DNA from: Eledone cirrhosa
Lineage: Eukaryota
DNA: 64,000 nt
Assembly (NCBI GenBank): GCA_964016885.1
Contig: OZ024746.1
Span: forward strand, 63,426,001-63,490,000
Reading direction: 5' to 3'
The notes beneath the pieces were generated by a model that had not been told where the DNA came from, searched no databases, and was given only the letters and a program-made list of their open reading frames with translations. Below, piece after piece: positions 25,901 to 34,697 of the stretch (positions within the stretch are counted from its first letter, which is position 1; each line of letters starts with the position of its first letter). Position numbers and translations under genes: made by a program.

Positions 25901-28900
25901 ATCTAGAATAAGGACGGGTTGGAATAAGTTTAGAGAGCTGCTTCCTCTGCTGACAAAGAAGAATTTCTCCCTGCGTACGAAAGGCCGGTTATATGATGCC
26001 TGTGTGAGATGCGCGATGCTCCACGGTAGTGAGACATGGGTAGCAACTGCAGAGGACATGTGACAGCTGGAGAGAAATGAAGCAAGCATGCTCCATTGGA
26101 TGTGTAATGTCAATGTACGTGAACGACCAAGCATGGATGAGTTGAGAGAGAAACTGTGTATAAGAGGGATAAGTTGTAGTGTGCGGGAGAGAAGACAGCG
26201 ATGGTATGGACATGTGATGCGCATGGAGGATGACTGCTGGGTAAATAGGTGCCAAGAAATGCCAGTAGAAGGAAGAAGCAGTAGAGGAAGACCACAAAAA
26301 ACATGGGCAGAGGTGGTGAGCGCAGACCTCAGATCGCTGAAGCTTACAGAGGAGATGACGAAGGACCATGACAAGTGGAGAGATGCTGTGCTGAATAGGA
26401 CCCGTCGCACCCTTGCAAGCAGGGAAAAGCTGATGTAAAATGTTGATGATGATGATGACCACCACCATCACTACCATAATGATATATGCACAGATAATGT
26501 GAAAGAATGCTCTTCGACGTGCAGAACTGCAGACACATACCACCTCATGGTCCCAGCAGATAGAATATCTTCTTCACGTACTTAGTACTGCCAGTGTCAT
26601 TGAGGCAGAGTCCTCAGACACAACATCCAGATGGTCCTATCAGAAACAACCAAGCTCATGGATATTATCCAACCATCTGCTTGTGGTCTACCTCTGGGAT
26701 TCCTGCCGGCTGACATTGCCCATAAAATCTGTCTATTTTCTAACTAGAAAAACATATATATTAAATCCAAAGAAGCTAATGATATTCTGTGTTGAAAAAT
26801 ACCTCTTGACTTCCTTTATAATTCCATTCACATCTAGAATGTCTTATAAGAAATATTAAATATACTCCAATAATTCACTGGGACTTTGTTTTATCAAACC
26901 CCAGTGACATGAAAGGCTAAGTGGACCTCACCATGGTTTGACACAGTACATTACAGACAGACAAATAAATTTATAAATACAGTTAAAATATTTTTTTTAA
27001 AAGAAGAAAAGGAAAAAGAAGTAAAAGGAGAAGAAAAAGAACAGCAGCAAAAATAAAACTTACCATTTCTTGATTTCTAAATTTCTTATTTTCTATATGT
27101 TCTCGAACTTTACTTGGTGATGTCCTTTTCTTGGTAGCTTGATATAAAGATCTTTGGAAAGCAGTAAATCCTACAGTAGCAATGTGGAGTGACATGGTAT
27201 CCAAAAAACGAAGCTTTGTGTCCTGTCAGGAAGATAAATCCTTGAAATCAAATTTCTATACATCAGCTATATTATACAATTAATAAGAAAAACTGAAGAT
27301 CATTTAATGTAGGTACAACTAGAGTTTATAAAAGTCACTGGGAAAAGTTAAACAAATATGAAAAACAATAAAGTGTTGAAAACATTCTTCCGTTGTGTCA
27401 AAGACATGTCAACCTCCTCCTCTAATCTCACTTTTGGCCCACTGTGCCTCTCCCTCAGTATATAATGGTCCTTTTGAGTCCTTGGGTCTCTTAATCTAAC
27501 CCATGCAAGCATGGAAAAATGGATGTCAAAACAATGATGACGACAATGATGATGAAACCAATGATGTTATTTGCTACATACACAGATAAGTCATCATAAG
27601 ACAAGTAACTAAACTTCCCCTGTCACCAAAAACAGCTACAGTCAAACACTATTTATATCATGAAGAAAATAATGTTTTTCACAGTTGTATAAATTTTCAT
27701 AGAGGCTTATAAACTATTATATCTACATGAAATTTTCTAATATATGCTGTGTTCATCATCCTCATCATTTAATGTCCGCTTTCCCTGCTAGCAAGGATTG
27801 GACAGAACTTCACAGACCATATCAGTACTGGAGCAAGTTAACTGACCTTCAATGAGTGGCCAGTTACAGCTGGTTTGAACAGAAAGAGGTGATAGAACTC
27901 TGGCCAGATATGGCTGGTTTAAATGCTAAAGGGTTAAACCTTATTTCTTTAATAGAAAAACAATATTTGTTTAATGTAAAGTTTAAACCTTAATATTTCT
28001 TTAATGTAAGATTTAAACTTTAATATTTCTTTAACAGACAAAAAAAAATAAGATCAAACTGTAAAATGATTTTACTTTTACCTTAATATAATATTGTTCT
28101 TTAACAAAAGAACGGTCAAAGCCAACATTATGACCAATAACAATTCTTTTCTTTAACATACTTTGTTTCATAATTTTCTGTGAGCTCTTTAACTCCAAAG
28201 GAATTAAGTCTTCTATCTGTGGCTGGGAACTCCATTTAAATTTGTCTTCAATTAAATAAGCACTGCACCATGAATACCTGAATATATGAAGTAAGAGGTA
28301 TATTTCAAAGATAGTAGGGAAGAGGGTGTATAACCAAATGAATGAAGATTAATGTATATCTGGTGGTTAATCTATTGACTTTCAGAGGAATGAAGGTTTA
28401 AATATAGAGAGATACACATACAATTAAACACTACAGAGCATTTAATCTAAATATCTCTCACTTCTGTAAAGTCACTCCCTACCAAGATTTCATATCAGTT
28501 AAAATACTGACAGAAATGATTCTCTCTCTGGGTTAGATTGAAATGATTGACACTTCTAAATTGTATTATTCACACTTAGCACATCTTTACACACACCATT
28601 AGCCTATCTCACTTTCATACACACATTCTGTAGTTTACAATATTCTTCTTCTTTGCCCACTTATTGCTGAGGGGGGTCAAGGGGCCAAAGTCCTCAAACA
28701 CATCTTCCAGCGGGTCCTGTCAGAAGCAACTGTCTCCAATTCATCCAGCTGTGCTATATGTTTCATTATTACTAATTTAAAAGAAAGAACATCATGAAAA
28801 ATCAAAATTAAGAAGAGAAAAAAAAACTCAATACAAACCAATATTTGGAGCTTGCTGCTGTTGCAAGAGTTGGGAAGCCTTCATCTTTCATCAAACATTC

Positions 28901-29389
28901 AATATCAAATACTAATGCTTCTTCATCAGGATAATCAACACTTATAGCTGTGCCATTCACATCATATCTTGTCCAACCTTTATGAAAGCACCATTCTGAT
29001 GGTCGTGGTGGTAAAGTAATATCTTTTAAACGGTTAAGAGACTCAACATAATCAGCTATTTGTTTTTTAGCAATATTACAGAAGTGTTCATCAATATTAT
29101 CTCCTTGTAATTTTGGAAGTTGAAAACTAACATCTGGTACAATAGTTGGTGTACCATGTAGTAGGTTATGTCTTCTGAGGTGTTCTAGTGACATGTCCAC
29201 TTTATTTTGATCAACTGGTGTCCTTTCAGGGAATATTTGCTGGTGAAGCTTTTCTGATAACATCTGGATTCTAATTGCACTCATGCAAGGCTGAGCACTT
29301 TCAGAATTTAGTTTAGCAATGGTTGTCTGCAAATACCTTCTTTGACACCATCTTAGGCCATTGGTGTATAACAGCCTCCATTGACCCAT
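1801..29389 (-). CDS. POLG: Mitochondrial DNA polymerase gamma catalytic subunit, whole gene span (22 coding exons, 1134 aa)
   Basis: Exo motifs [22 protein letters not shown]; Pol motifs [33 protein letters not shown]. All introns GT-AG with consistent phases; exon lengths sum to 3405 nt. Confidence 0.97.
3060..3177 (-). CDS. POLG: POLG coding exon 21 ([17 protein letters not shown]...TPSNPHG)
   Basis: Conserved AFFSAVDID; ag|/|gtaag boundaries. Confidence 0.93.
3405..3530 (+). mobile_element. Degraded tRNA-derived SINE
   Basis: A-box-like start; CAAGTGTCTT core shared with copies at 5620-5760 (-) and 5820-6160 (+). Confidence 0.5.
4460..4711 (-). CDS. POLG: POLG coding exon 20 (motif [10 protein letters not shown])
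   Basis: [20 protein letters not shown]...DLPQ; cag|/|gtcagt; 252 nt. Confidence 0.96.
5059..5173 (-). CDS. POLG: POLG coding exon 19 (ESFMFNKLE...TPVLG)
   Basis: Conserved motif; 115 nt; GT-AG. Confidence 0.93.
5429..5458 (-). CDS. POLG: POLG coding exon 18, 30-nt microexon ([11 protein letters not shown])
   Basis: tttcag|TCCTGAAACTGGATATTGGGTTGGTGGCAG|gtatgt supplies the WxGG before SES; phase 2/2. Confidence 0.88.
5600..6160. mobile_element. Two tRNA-derived SINE copies in inverted orientation (~5600-5760 minus; ~5820-6160 plus)
   Basis: 5620-5706 reverse-complements 5848-5932 (CACCTTG.GCAAG.GTCTTC...GAAATTTGG...GAAACT). Confidence 0.6.
6567..6754 (+). mobile_element. piggyBac-like non-autonomous element (MITE), copy 1
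   Basis: TIRs (T)AACCCTTTAGCATTTA...TAAATGCTAAAGGGTTAA; TTAA-CCCT termini. Confidence 0.75.
6852..6991 (-). CDS. POLG: POLG coding exon 17 (motif [12 protein letters not shown]...TKGNR)
   Basis: Conserved motif; 140 nt; |gtaagt donor. Confidence 0.95.
7019..7237 (+). mobile_element. piggyBac-like MITE, copy 2
   Basis: TTAACCCTTT...ATGCTAAAGGGTTAA; same internal sequence as 6567-6754 and 11368-11596. Confidence 0.78.
7545..7651 (-). CDS. POLG: POLG coding exon 16 ([12 protein letters not shown]...DMHSKTA...SRDHAK)
   Basis: Conserved; 107 nt; GT-AG. Confidence 0.94.
7672..8082. repeat. 21-bp minisatellite (CATATATAGAGAGACAGGAGT)
   Basis: Direct tandem periodicity; produces SIYDSCL repeat ORFs. 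Confidence 0.9.
8325..8460 (-). CDS. POLG: POLG coding exon 15 (motif [12 protein letters not shown])
   Basis: Conserved motif; 136 nt. Confidence 0.96.
8700..9745. mobile_element. Fold-back/MITE-like element interrupted by a LINE fragment
   Basis: 8702-8800 reverse-complements ~9631-9742 (TATTTCAGAAAACC...GGATGACA.ATAAAACAAAAC...CAGTATATTTCAACAT). Confidence 0.65.
8797..9553 (-). mobile_element. 5'-truncated CR1/L2-type LINE (ORF2 C-terminus + 3'UTR)
   Basis: ORF 8961-9524 ([15 protein letters not shown]) closely matches 24790-25670; (ATT)n-like tail. Confidence 0.92.
10362..10479 (-). CDS. POLG: POLG coding exon 14 ([18 protein letters not shown])
   Basis: Conserved; 118 nt. Confidence 0.95.
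10923..10976 (-). CDS. POLG: POLG coding exon 13 ([18 protein letters not shown])
   Basis: 54 nt; SQMVVW motif; phases fit. Confidence 0.92.
11171..11596. mobile_element. Inverted pair of piggyBac-like MITEs (11171-~11371 reverse; 11368-11596 forward)
   Basis: ~200-bp arms are imperfect reverse complements joined at TTAA 11368-11371. Confidence 0.8.
11630..11790 (-). CDS. POLG: POLG coding exon 12 ([14 protein letters not shown]...YWKNNQKRI)
   Basis: 161 nt; conserved VG..LAKD, DGTL, W.N..KRI. Confidence 0.93.
12796..12891 (-). CDS. POLG: POLG coding exon 11 (...GEGP...FFKIPHK)
   Basis: 96 nt; conserved FFKxPHK. Confidence 0.92.
12929..13348. repeat. 39-bp minisatellite (~10.5 copies)
   Basis: AGATGTAGATTTTAGTTTCTAAAGGCTACATGTGTCACC tandem units, one with an internal deletion. 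Confidence 0.92.
14043..14196 (-). CDS. POLG: POLG coding exon 10 (spacer region)
   Basis: 154 nt open frame bridging phase 2 to phase 0; cag|/|gtagga. Confidence 0.8.
14171..14444. repeat. 37-bp minisatellite containing the POLG exon-10 acceptor (7 copies)
   Basis: CAGCTGAAGAAATTGCCTGAAATACAATAATGCTATG units. Confidence 0.92.
14563..14865 (-). CDS. POLG: POLG coding exon 9 (WYRKLCP...[15 protein letters not shown]...GWGYLVP)
   Basis: Conserved motifs; 303 nt. Confidence 0.94.
15040..16270 (+). repeat. Compound SINE-derived minisatellite: 44-47-bp alternating units (~15040-15620) then 48/49-bp units (~15635-16220), ending in SINE body
   Basis: AAAAGCACCCAGTC.ACC.TGT units; tail GGCATCCAGTTGTAGAAACCAAGCC matches the SINE family. 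Confidence 0.88.
16427..16548 (-). CDS. POLG: POLG coding exon 8 (...[14 protein letters not shown])
   Basis: 122 nt; HxPGYP motif; phases fit. Confidence 0.88.
17039..17114 (-). CDS. POLG: POLG coding exon 7 ([14 protein letters not shown])
   Basis: 76 nt; conserved WLWDLDW. Confidence 0.92.
17419..17601 (-). CDS. POLG: POLG coding exon 6 ([25 protein letters not shown])
   Basis: 183 nt; conserved. Confidence 0.95.
17760..18485 (+). repeat. 48-bp minisatellite (~12 copies) inside a SINE with RTE-like tail
   Basis: AAAAAGCACCCAGTCCACACAGTAAGGTGGTTCTGTTGGTGACACGAT units, followed by CATCCAGCCATAGAAACC...CCCATG.AAGCATGGAAATGGAC...ATGATGA. Confidence 0.92.
18685..18764 (-). CDS. POLG: POLG coding exon 5 (Exo [19 protein letters not shown])
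   Basis: 80 nt; conserved. Confidence 0.94.
19763..19903 (-). CDS. POLG: POLG coding exon 4 (NVNWMDVG...RKDFQ)
   Basis: 141 nt; phase 0/0. Confidence 0.92.
19937..20124 (-). mobile_element. Young tRNA-derived SINE (Meta-domain-like core) with 20-bp TSD
   Basis: B-box-like GAGTTCAAATCC; core TTTGCCTTTCATCCTTACGGGGTCGATAAAATAAAGTACCAG; TSD TATATAGCAATAGAGATAAT at 19917-19936 and 20125-20144. Confidence 0.88.
20455..21075 (-). mobile_element. RTE-clade LINE 3' fragment
   Basis: [30 protein letters not shown]; (GAT)n tail. Confidence 0.88.
21974..22564 (+). CDS. LINE ORF1 (C-terminal part)
   Basis: 196 aa; IGVPE and [11 protein letters not shown] motifs typical of CR1/L2 ORF1. Confidence 0.75.
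   Translation: MISALRREVAGIVASIQVGPHNEGSYRNALLKNLPVPLAEKTAESATHEVIAIGVPEDKADLQAFAASSAKDLGCVPPKGTLCLGRPGPKPRLIRLSFSDPAEATSYHLASAKAGRENRITFRTRPGLPPHVCPKLRAAASLNRNSAQDESFSLRDDGQIWRFVKAGETWKRDTSWSKFDLPTITGNVKTATTLGN
22513..25386 (+). pseudogene. LINE ORF2 (AP endonuclease + reverse transcriptase), single premature TAA at 24931-24933
   Basis: NARS, TETW, GDFN, SDH (EN); [25 protein letters not shown] (RT); ORF 24940-25386 continues in the same frame. Confidence 0.93.
27064..27222 (-). CDS. POLG: POLG coding exon 3 ([15 protein letters not shown])
   Basis: 159 nt; conserved FLDTMS. Confidence 0.94.
27858..27937 (-). mobile_element. Partial piggyBac-like MITE
   Basis: Reverse complement of the MITE left end, ending TAAATGCTAAAGGGTTAA. 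Confidence 0.7.
28082..28277 (-). CDS. POLG: POLG coding exon 2 (WYSWCS...Exo [19 protein letters not shown])
   Basis: 196 nt; conserved. Confidence 0.95.
28839..29389 (-). CDS. POLG: POLG coding exon 1 (start codon, probable mitochondrial presequence, Exo I LVFDIE); acceptor before 29406
   Basis: Arg-rich N-terminus lacking acidic residues; IQMLS..LH.QIF; GWTRY; TG|gtttgt donor. Confidence 0.93.
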
Positions 29390-29532
29390 TATTTATTTTT
29401 TGTCAACTAAAGAGAAAAATAAATAAATTACACAAATAGATAATGAATTCTTTTAATAAGGTTTATGGTTAATTTTATATGGGGCGGTGATGGTATAGTT
29501 ATTTAAATCAAACCATCCATCTTATTGAGTTT

Positions 29533-29565
<33 letters not shown>

Positions 29566-29824
29566 TAGTGCAAACATGCTATCTGAAAAATAGCATGTTT
29601 GCAGAAGTATAGAATTTTGTAGATAGTAATTATTTAGTGCATGTTCTGAATTAAAAAGAACAGCTTGGCTAAACATCTATATATATTTCTGTAGTACAAT
29701 ATAAAATATGCACTGTATATAATATAACATACACTAAATATAACTATAAGTACTATATTGGTTTCTCATTTAAACACATGGTCAGCAAATTTGGTTAAAT
29801 CAACCCAAGTACTTGTCTAAAGCA

Positions 29825-30190
29825 TGTCTCAAACCCAGAGGCTCATTAGATGAGGCTGGTGCTTATTCCGGTTTCCTCAGCGTTAAGCAACTGAGAGTAG
29901 TAACTTCCCCAGGACATGACGCCAGTCCACCAAAGGATTAAACTCCCAGCTACTGCTGGTACCCATTTTCAGCTATGTATATTGGAGCCACGTGAAATGA
30001 AGTGTTTTGCTCAAAAACCCAGTCTTGTAATCGAACCCAAGTACTTGATTGGTACATTATTTTATCGATCCTGTAAAGGATGAAAGGCAAAGTTGACCTC
30101 AGCAGAATTTGAAGTCAGAAGCTCAAGAGCGAAAACAAATACTGCAATGGCCTTTTATCTACTAATTCTACCAATCCATCACCCTTAGAG
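29825..30190 (-). mobile_element. Two adjacent SINE fragments (family of 53640-53910, then Meta-like family)
   Basis: GTGAAATGAAGTGTTTTGCTCAA core; AGGATGAAAGGCAAAGTTGACCTC core. Confidence 0.7.
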
Positions 30191-30628
30191 GCGTATGTGA
30201 AAGGATATACATGTTTATATATAATAAATATAGATAACTTTTTGTTATAGGTATTTTAAACTGTGATCATGTCACAACTACCACCATAGCTTATTTTGCC
30301 TCCGTACCGAGTGAATAAACTTCACTAAAAATTCTGAAATACTTGTATTTGTTTTTCTTGTGCGGTTACTGGGGTAACTGCGACATGATCACTTTTAAAA
30401 CACCAATAGCAAGATTTATGTATATTTATTATACATAAACATACTATATATGAAAATTGAATTAGAAGCTTTCGCTGTATTTTTTGCTACAGAAAATAGT
30501 CTAATAACAGGACATAAGCCTTCCTGGGCGAAAAAAAAAGGGTATCAGCATACGTATGCTGTATATAAAACCGTTTGTTTTCTGTAGTAAAAAATACAAC
30601 GAAAGCTTCTTATTCAATTTTTACTCAC

Positions 30629-30720
30629 CGTCTTCTAAACACACATGCTTTCTATACTGTATATGCTTTCATATAAAACTCTATTATGAAACACGACATG
30701 TTAGTGCTAATGCTAGTAAA
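30629..30720 (-). other. Candidate non-coding first exon of POLG (5' limit unknown)
   Basis: Consensus donor GACG|GTGAGTAA at 30629/30628 in a CpG-richer zone, upstream of the acceptor at 29406. Confidence 0.45.
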
Positions 30721-31624
30721 TATTGACCAAGTATAAAAGTTTGCCTTACATGTTTATTAACCACATGTCATCAACATTAGCAGCAGCAACATACGAGATG
30801 TTGATAATCTGTTGACAATACCTAAGAAAATTGTCAGAATACTTCGTCAAAAATAATTTATATGTAATTTTTTAGGTTCAAGACAAACTTCAGCTTCAAC
30901 ATTTTGATTGTAATGGAAATTTATAAATTCGAAAATAACCACAACTCATTTCCAGTAAACGAGGAAGGCCTATACGTGATTTATCTACCTGCTTGAAATA
31001 GCAGTCAAATCACACAAACTCCCTTGTCGAAGTAACACCCTTTGTCTCTTTTTGTTTAAAAAAAAAAGGAAGGGTATTTTAGTAAAGTGTATAGTGATTC
31101 ATGCAAAATTTCATCTGGTATTTTTGAAAACAAACAAAAAAATCTGTTCAGAACAATAATAATAAATAACGTTTAAGTTTCGTTTTAGTTTTTCAAATAT
31201 ATTTTCAAAGATAACTAAATTGTTTCAATCAAACGGTGTGAGTTCTAAATCAAAAGTACTTATAAACATTCTTCATATTAATAATCCAGAGGAATTTTGG
31301 CCCCATGTTTACATTTACGAAGTAATTCAAAGCTTTGGAACTTTTGGGAGTTGTTTGGGGCACTAAATTATAGTTGTGCAGTTATAAAAAATCAATATTT
31401 ATTTCAATAGAATACCTACAAACACGCACGCACACATATATAACCGTATGTGGTTGATGGACGAGAGACAACAGTACTCAATACCGAAGTATAGTTTAAA
31501 TATACATTTATTATGGCTAAGTAGTGCGTCTTGTTTCACCTGTGTACTGACAGGTTCGGAGGATGCTGTGAGTGCGCAGGTGAATATATATATATACACA
31601 CACACACACAATTTATTTTCTTTG

Positions 31625-31656
<32 letters not shown>

Positions 31657-31965
31657 AAGATTGTTTCTGCATGTCGTTTATAACATTTTTCCGTTTCTAA
31701 GGGTCTTTGCCGGATTTTTATATGCTATTTTATAGCAACTGGCTGTAATTGCAGTTATTTTCTGCTCATGAGTATCCTACATCTTATAGGCTTATTTCCT
31801 CGGCGCTTCATAAGTTCGAGAATTCGAGCTTCACACACGATGTTTGTTTATATATATATATAAACAAAAAGCGTAGCTAGGGAAGGGCCTGTTGTACATA
31901 TTTGAGTATGGTGGGGAGATACACAAGCGTAGCCAAGGGCGGCAAGCACTTTAGCTACGCCAATG

Positions 31966-32014
<49 letters not shown>

Positions 32015-32084
32015 GTACGTTTGGGCTTACAAACACAAAGAGAAAATGTTCAATACCAAATTAAAGAATATTATATTACTGAAA

Positions 32085-32237
32085 AGCCATGGTTTGCAGC
32101 ATGGAGTTACGGTCCTTTACGATCTGAGTTCAAATCCCGCCGAGGTTAACTTTGCCTTTCATCCTTACGGAGTCGATAAAATAAAGTACCAGTAATGCAC
32201 TGGAATGATAATTGGCCTTGTGCCAAAAGTAGAAACA
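32085..32237 (+). mobile_element. 5'-truncated Meta-like SINE with 15-bp TSD
   Basis: TSD ATTATATTACTGAAA at 32070-32084 and 32238-32252. Confidence 0.85.
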
Positions 32238-32961
32238 ATTATATTACTGAAATCACTCTGTTACTACTCGGAGTAGCAACAGAGAGTAATCTCAGTAATA
32301 TATATATAAATATAGAAGGCACGCGTTACCGGCATGGTTGGTTAGCTATGTTGCCTTGATAATCTCTTGTTTTGAGTATCATTAACAATAAATATTTAAT
32401 GAAAATGAAAATATCTCGTCTGATTCTCAAACACTTTATTGTGAAGGAAATTCTTTTTAAATAGTGCGAAAGGTTGTTGCATCTTAAAAAGTTATATCGA
32501 AAAATAATACAAATTTGTAGGTCGGTGAATTTAACAAATACATAGTGAACAAACGAAAATAACTATTTGGATGGATCAGAAAATCATTATATATCCTTAA
32601 CAGTGAATATAGGCGACAAAATATAATTTTCTTTAAACTTACGACGAAGTTAATAAGCAGGACTTCTTTGTAAAACCATTTGTCGGTGTACACACTAATA
32701 CTGTATACAACAGTGTTAAGATATAGATGGGCAAGCCAATAAGGTCTTCTGCGTTTTCGCTCGATCTGCTAGAAATAGCAGCCAAACCTCCCACAATTCA
32801 TACCTGACAGTCTTAAATAAAGGATACATTACAACATAGTCAACAATATAATCACTATTATTTTTTTTTTCTTAAAACACACCTTTGATTCAATATCTGC
32901 TCGATTATGGCTGACCTGGGGCTAAACAATAACAACTTGTATATCGAGTGGAAGAAAATAA

Positions 32962-33188
32962 ATGTTTCTACGTTTGGCACATAGACAGCAATTTGAGAGT
33001 GGGGGGCAGACAATCGATAAAATTGACTCCAATGTATTTGCTGGTGCTTTATTTTATCTAACCCTTAAAAGTGAAAGGCAAAGCTAACCTCGGTAGGATT
33101 TGAACTCAGAAAATAAAGGGACATAACTAATATGTCGCAAAGCATGTTGTACGACGCTCTGCCGATTCTAACAGTTCATCGCCCCCGG
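32962..33188 (-). mobile_element. Meta-like SINE with 14-bp TSD
   Basis: GTGGAAGAAAATAA at 32948-32961 and 33189-33202. Confidence 0.82.
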
Positions 33189-33705
33189 GTGGAAGAAAAT
33201 AATGAAGAGAAACCACGAAGATAAAATTTAGTGCTGAAGATTTTTCCAGACTAAAGAATTAGTCATGTAGCATGCCATAAACATAAAAAGAATTAATCTT
33301 TTAATGTTTTTTCGTTATTTACAGTAAGAATATATAATGAAATAGTTGTTGATCAAAAGCATTCCAGCCGTGACCATCCCTTCTTTCTTTCCGGGTAGTA
33401 TATCAAGGACTATGTTGTAGTATACTACAAGGTAGCCAGTGATGTGCTGAATTCAAAACATTTTCAAGGACACAAATTGCCTTGGATTGAACATATAATC
33501 CCCCGAATTCAATTGTCATATTTATCACATAACCTCATGAGTGCCACCCCACCCCGCGCATCCATTCTCACTACATAATAGAACATCCCAGACACCTCTT
33601 AAAACACCTACATGTCTGATAAAACACAGTCACATAACTATGACCCCCCCCCCCCTATTTATGGTTATGCTATTTAATAAGCCTTTTGACAATGGTAAAT
33701 GACTT

Positions 33706-34697
33706 CTGACTTATTAGTGGTCTCCCCTCTCAGGATGAGCTTAATCTGACAGCTAATTTCACCTGATGAAAAAGAAAGCAAGAATCCCTAGGGAAATTCA
33801 GGAATTTAACTTTCTTCAATCCTTCTACCACAGCCATTAATAATTCCTTACTTCTACAACCATTCAAATGGACCTAAAGATCGAATTCCTAGATATTTCC
33901 TCAACTGCTGAAGAAGTTCAGGACTACTTAGATCGTTTCAACTTTTGGGTAGAAGCAAGAGAAAATCTTTCAGAAAAGGCTATCAAAGGTTCTTTCCTAA
34001 CTGCAATTGGAAAGGAAGTATTTTCACTTGTGAAGACATTGATCTATCCAAAAGATCTCAAATCAGCATCCTTAATCTTTAGGACGCTGATTTTTTTATG
34101 AATTGCTTCCCTTGACACTGACTATCGGTGACTTCTGTTGCCCACAGCGCAAAGTGGATTAACAGAAATACAGGAAGTTCTTTGCAACCATTTCAAACCG
34201 GCAAAGTTTCAAGCAACCGTGAGGGTAAAATTCAACTTGTTTGTGATAAATCTAAGTCCTTCTGTCAATTCATCTTGAAATTATAACACCACGTAATCTG
34301 ATGTGCATTCGGAGACCAACTAGACAGAGCACTCCAGGATTGACTCATTACCAGAATTAACAACCAGCATATTCAGAGCAAAATAAAATATTCCAAGACG
34401 TGTACAGTCTGCAAGATAGCTGAGGATGTGTAGAAAATCATCAGCAAATCAGCTGTTCTGCCAATCATGAGGCTGGACATTCTTGTGGCAATAGACACCT
34501 AAGACAAGAGTGTACATTTTGTAACGCTATTTGCAGAAATTGCCATAAGTCAGGGCACATAGCTTGAGTTTGTAGAAGTTAGGCACTTATAACCACAGCC
34601 AAACTAAGTGATTACCTCAATTCAGTCACTTTAGCAATCACAGTCTTACTGGTAGTCTCTCCTCTTGGGACAGGCTTAACTTGACAGCTAGTTTCAC
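33706..34697 (+). mobile_element. Internally deleted Gypsy-type LTR element (gag relic)
   Basis: gag-like YLDRFNFW...FLTAIGKEVF, CAFGDQL, CRNCHKSGHIA*VC zinc knuckle; degenerate direct repeats 33706-33761 and 34642-34697. Confidence 0.72.

Larger units (their letters stand above)
21139..26460 (+). mobile_element. RTE-clade LINE (5'-truncated, degenerate), split by a CR1/L2-type insertion at 21953-25670
   Basis: RT motifs [19 protein letters not shown] before the insertion; CTQC..C..C..C and RGRP after; colinear with 60617-62570. Confidence 0.92.

Noticed and set aside
23229-26543. Antisense and alternative-frame ORFs over the LINEs
   Set aside because: Shadows of LINE coding sequence with no independent motifs.
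28082-29406. POLGARF-like overlapping ORF as in mammals
   Set aside because: The ORF track shows no alternative-frame ORF of 60 aa or more over these exons, and I saw no supporting CUG-initiated frame.
31848-32195. ORFs with IYIYIY runs (also 43289-43531 and 62408-62631)
   Set aside because: Translations of (TA)n microsatellites.
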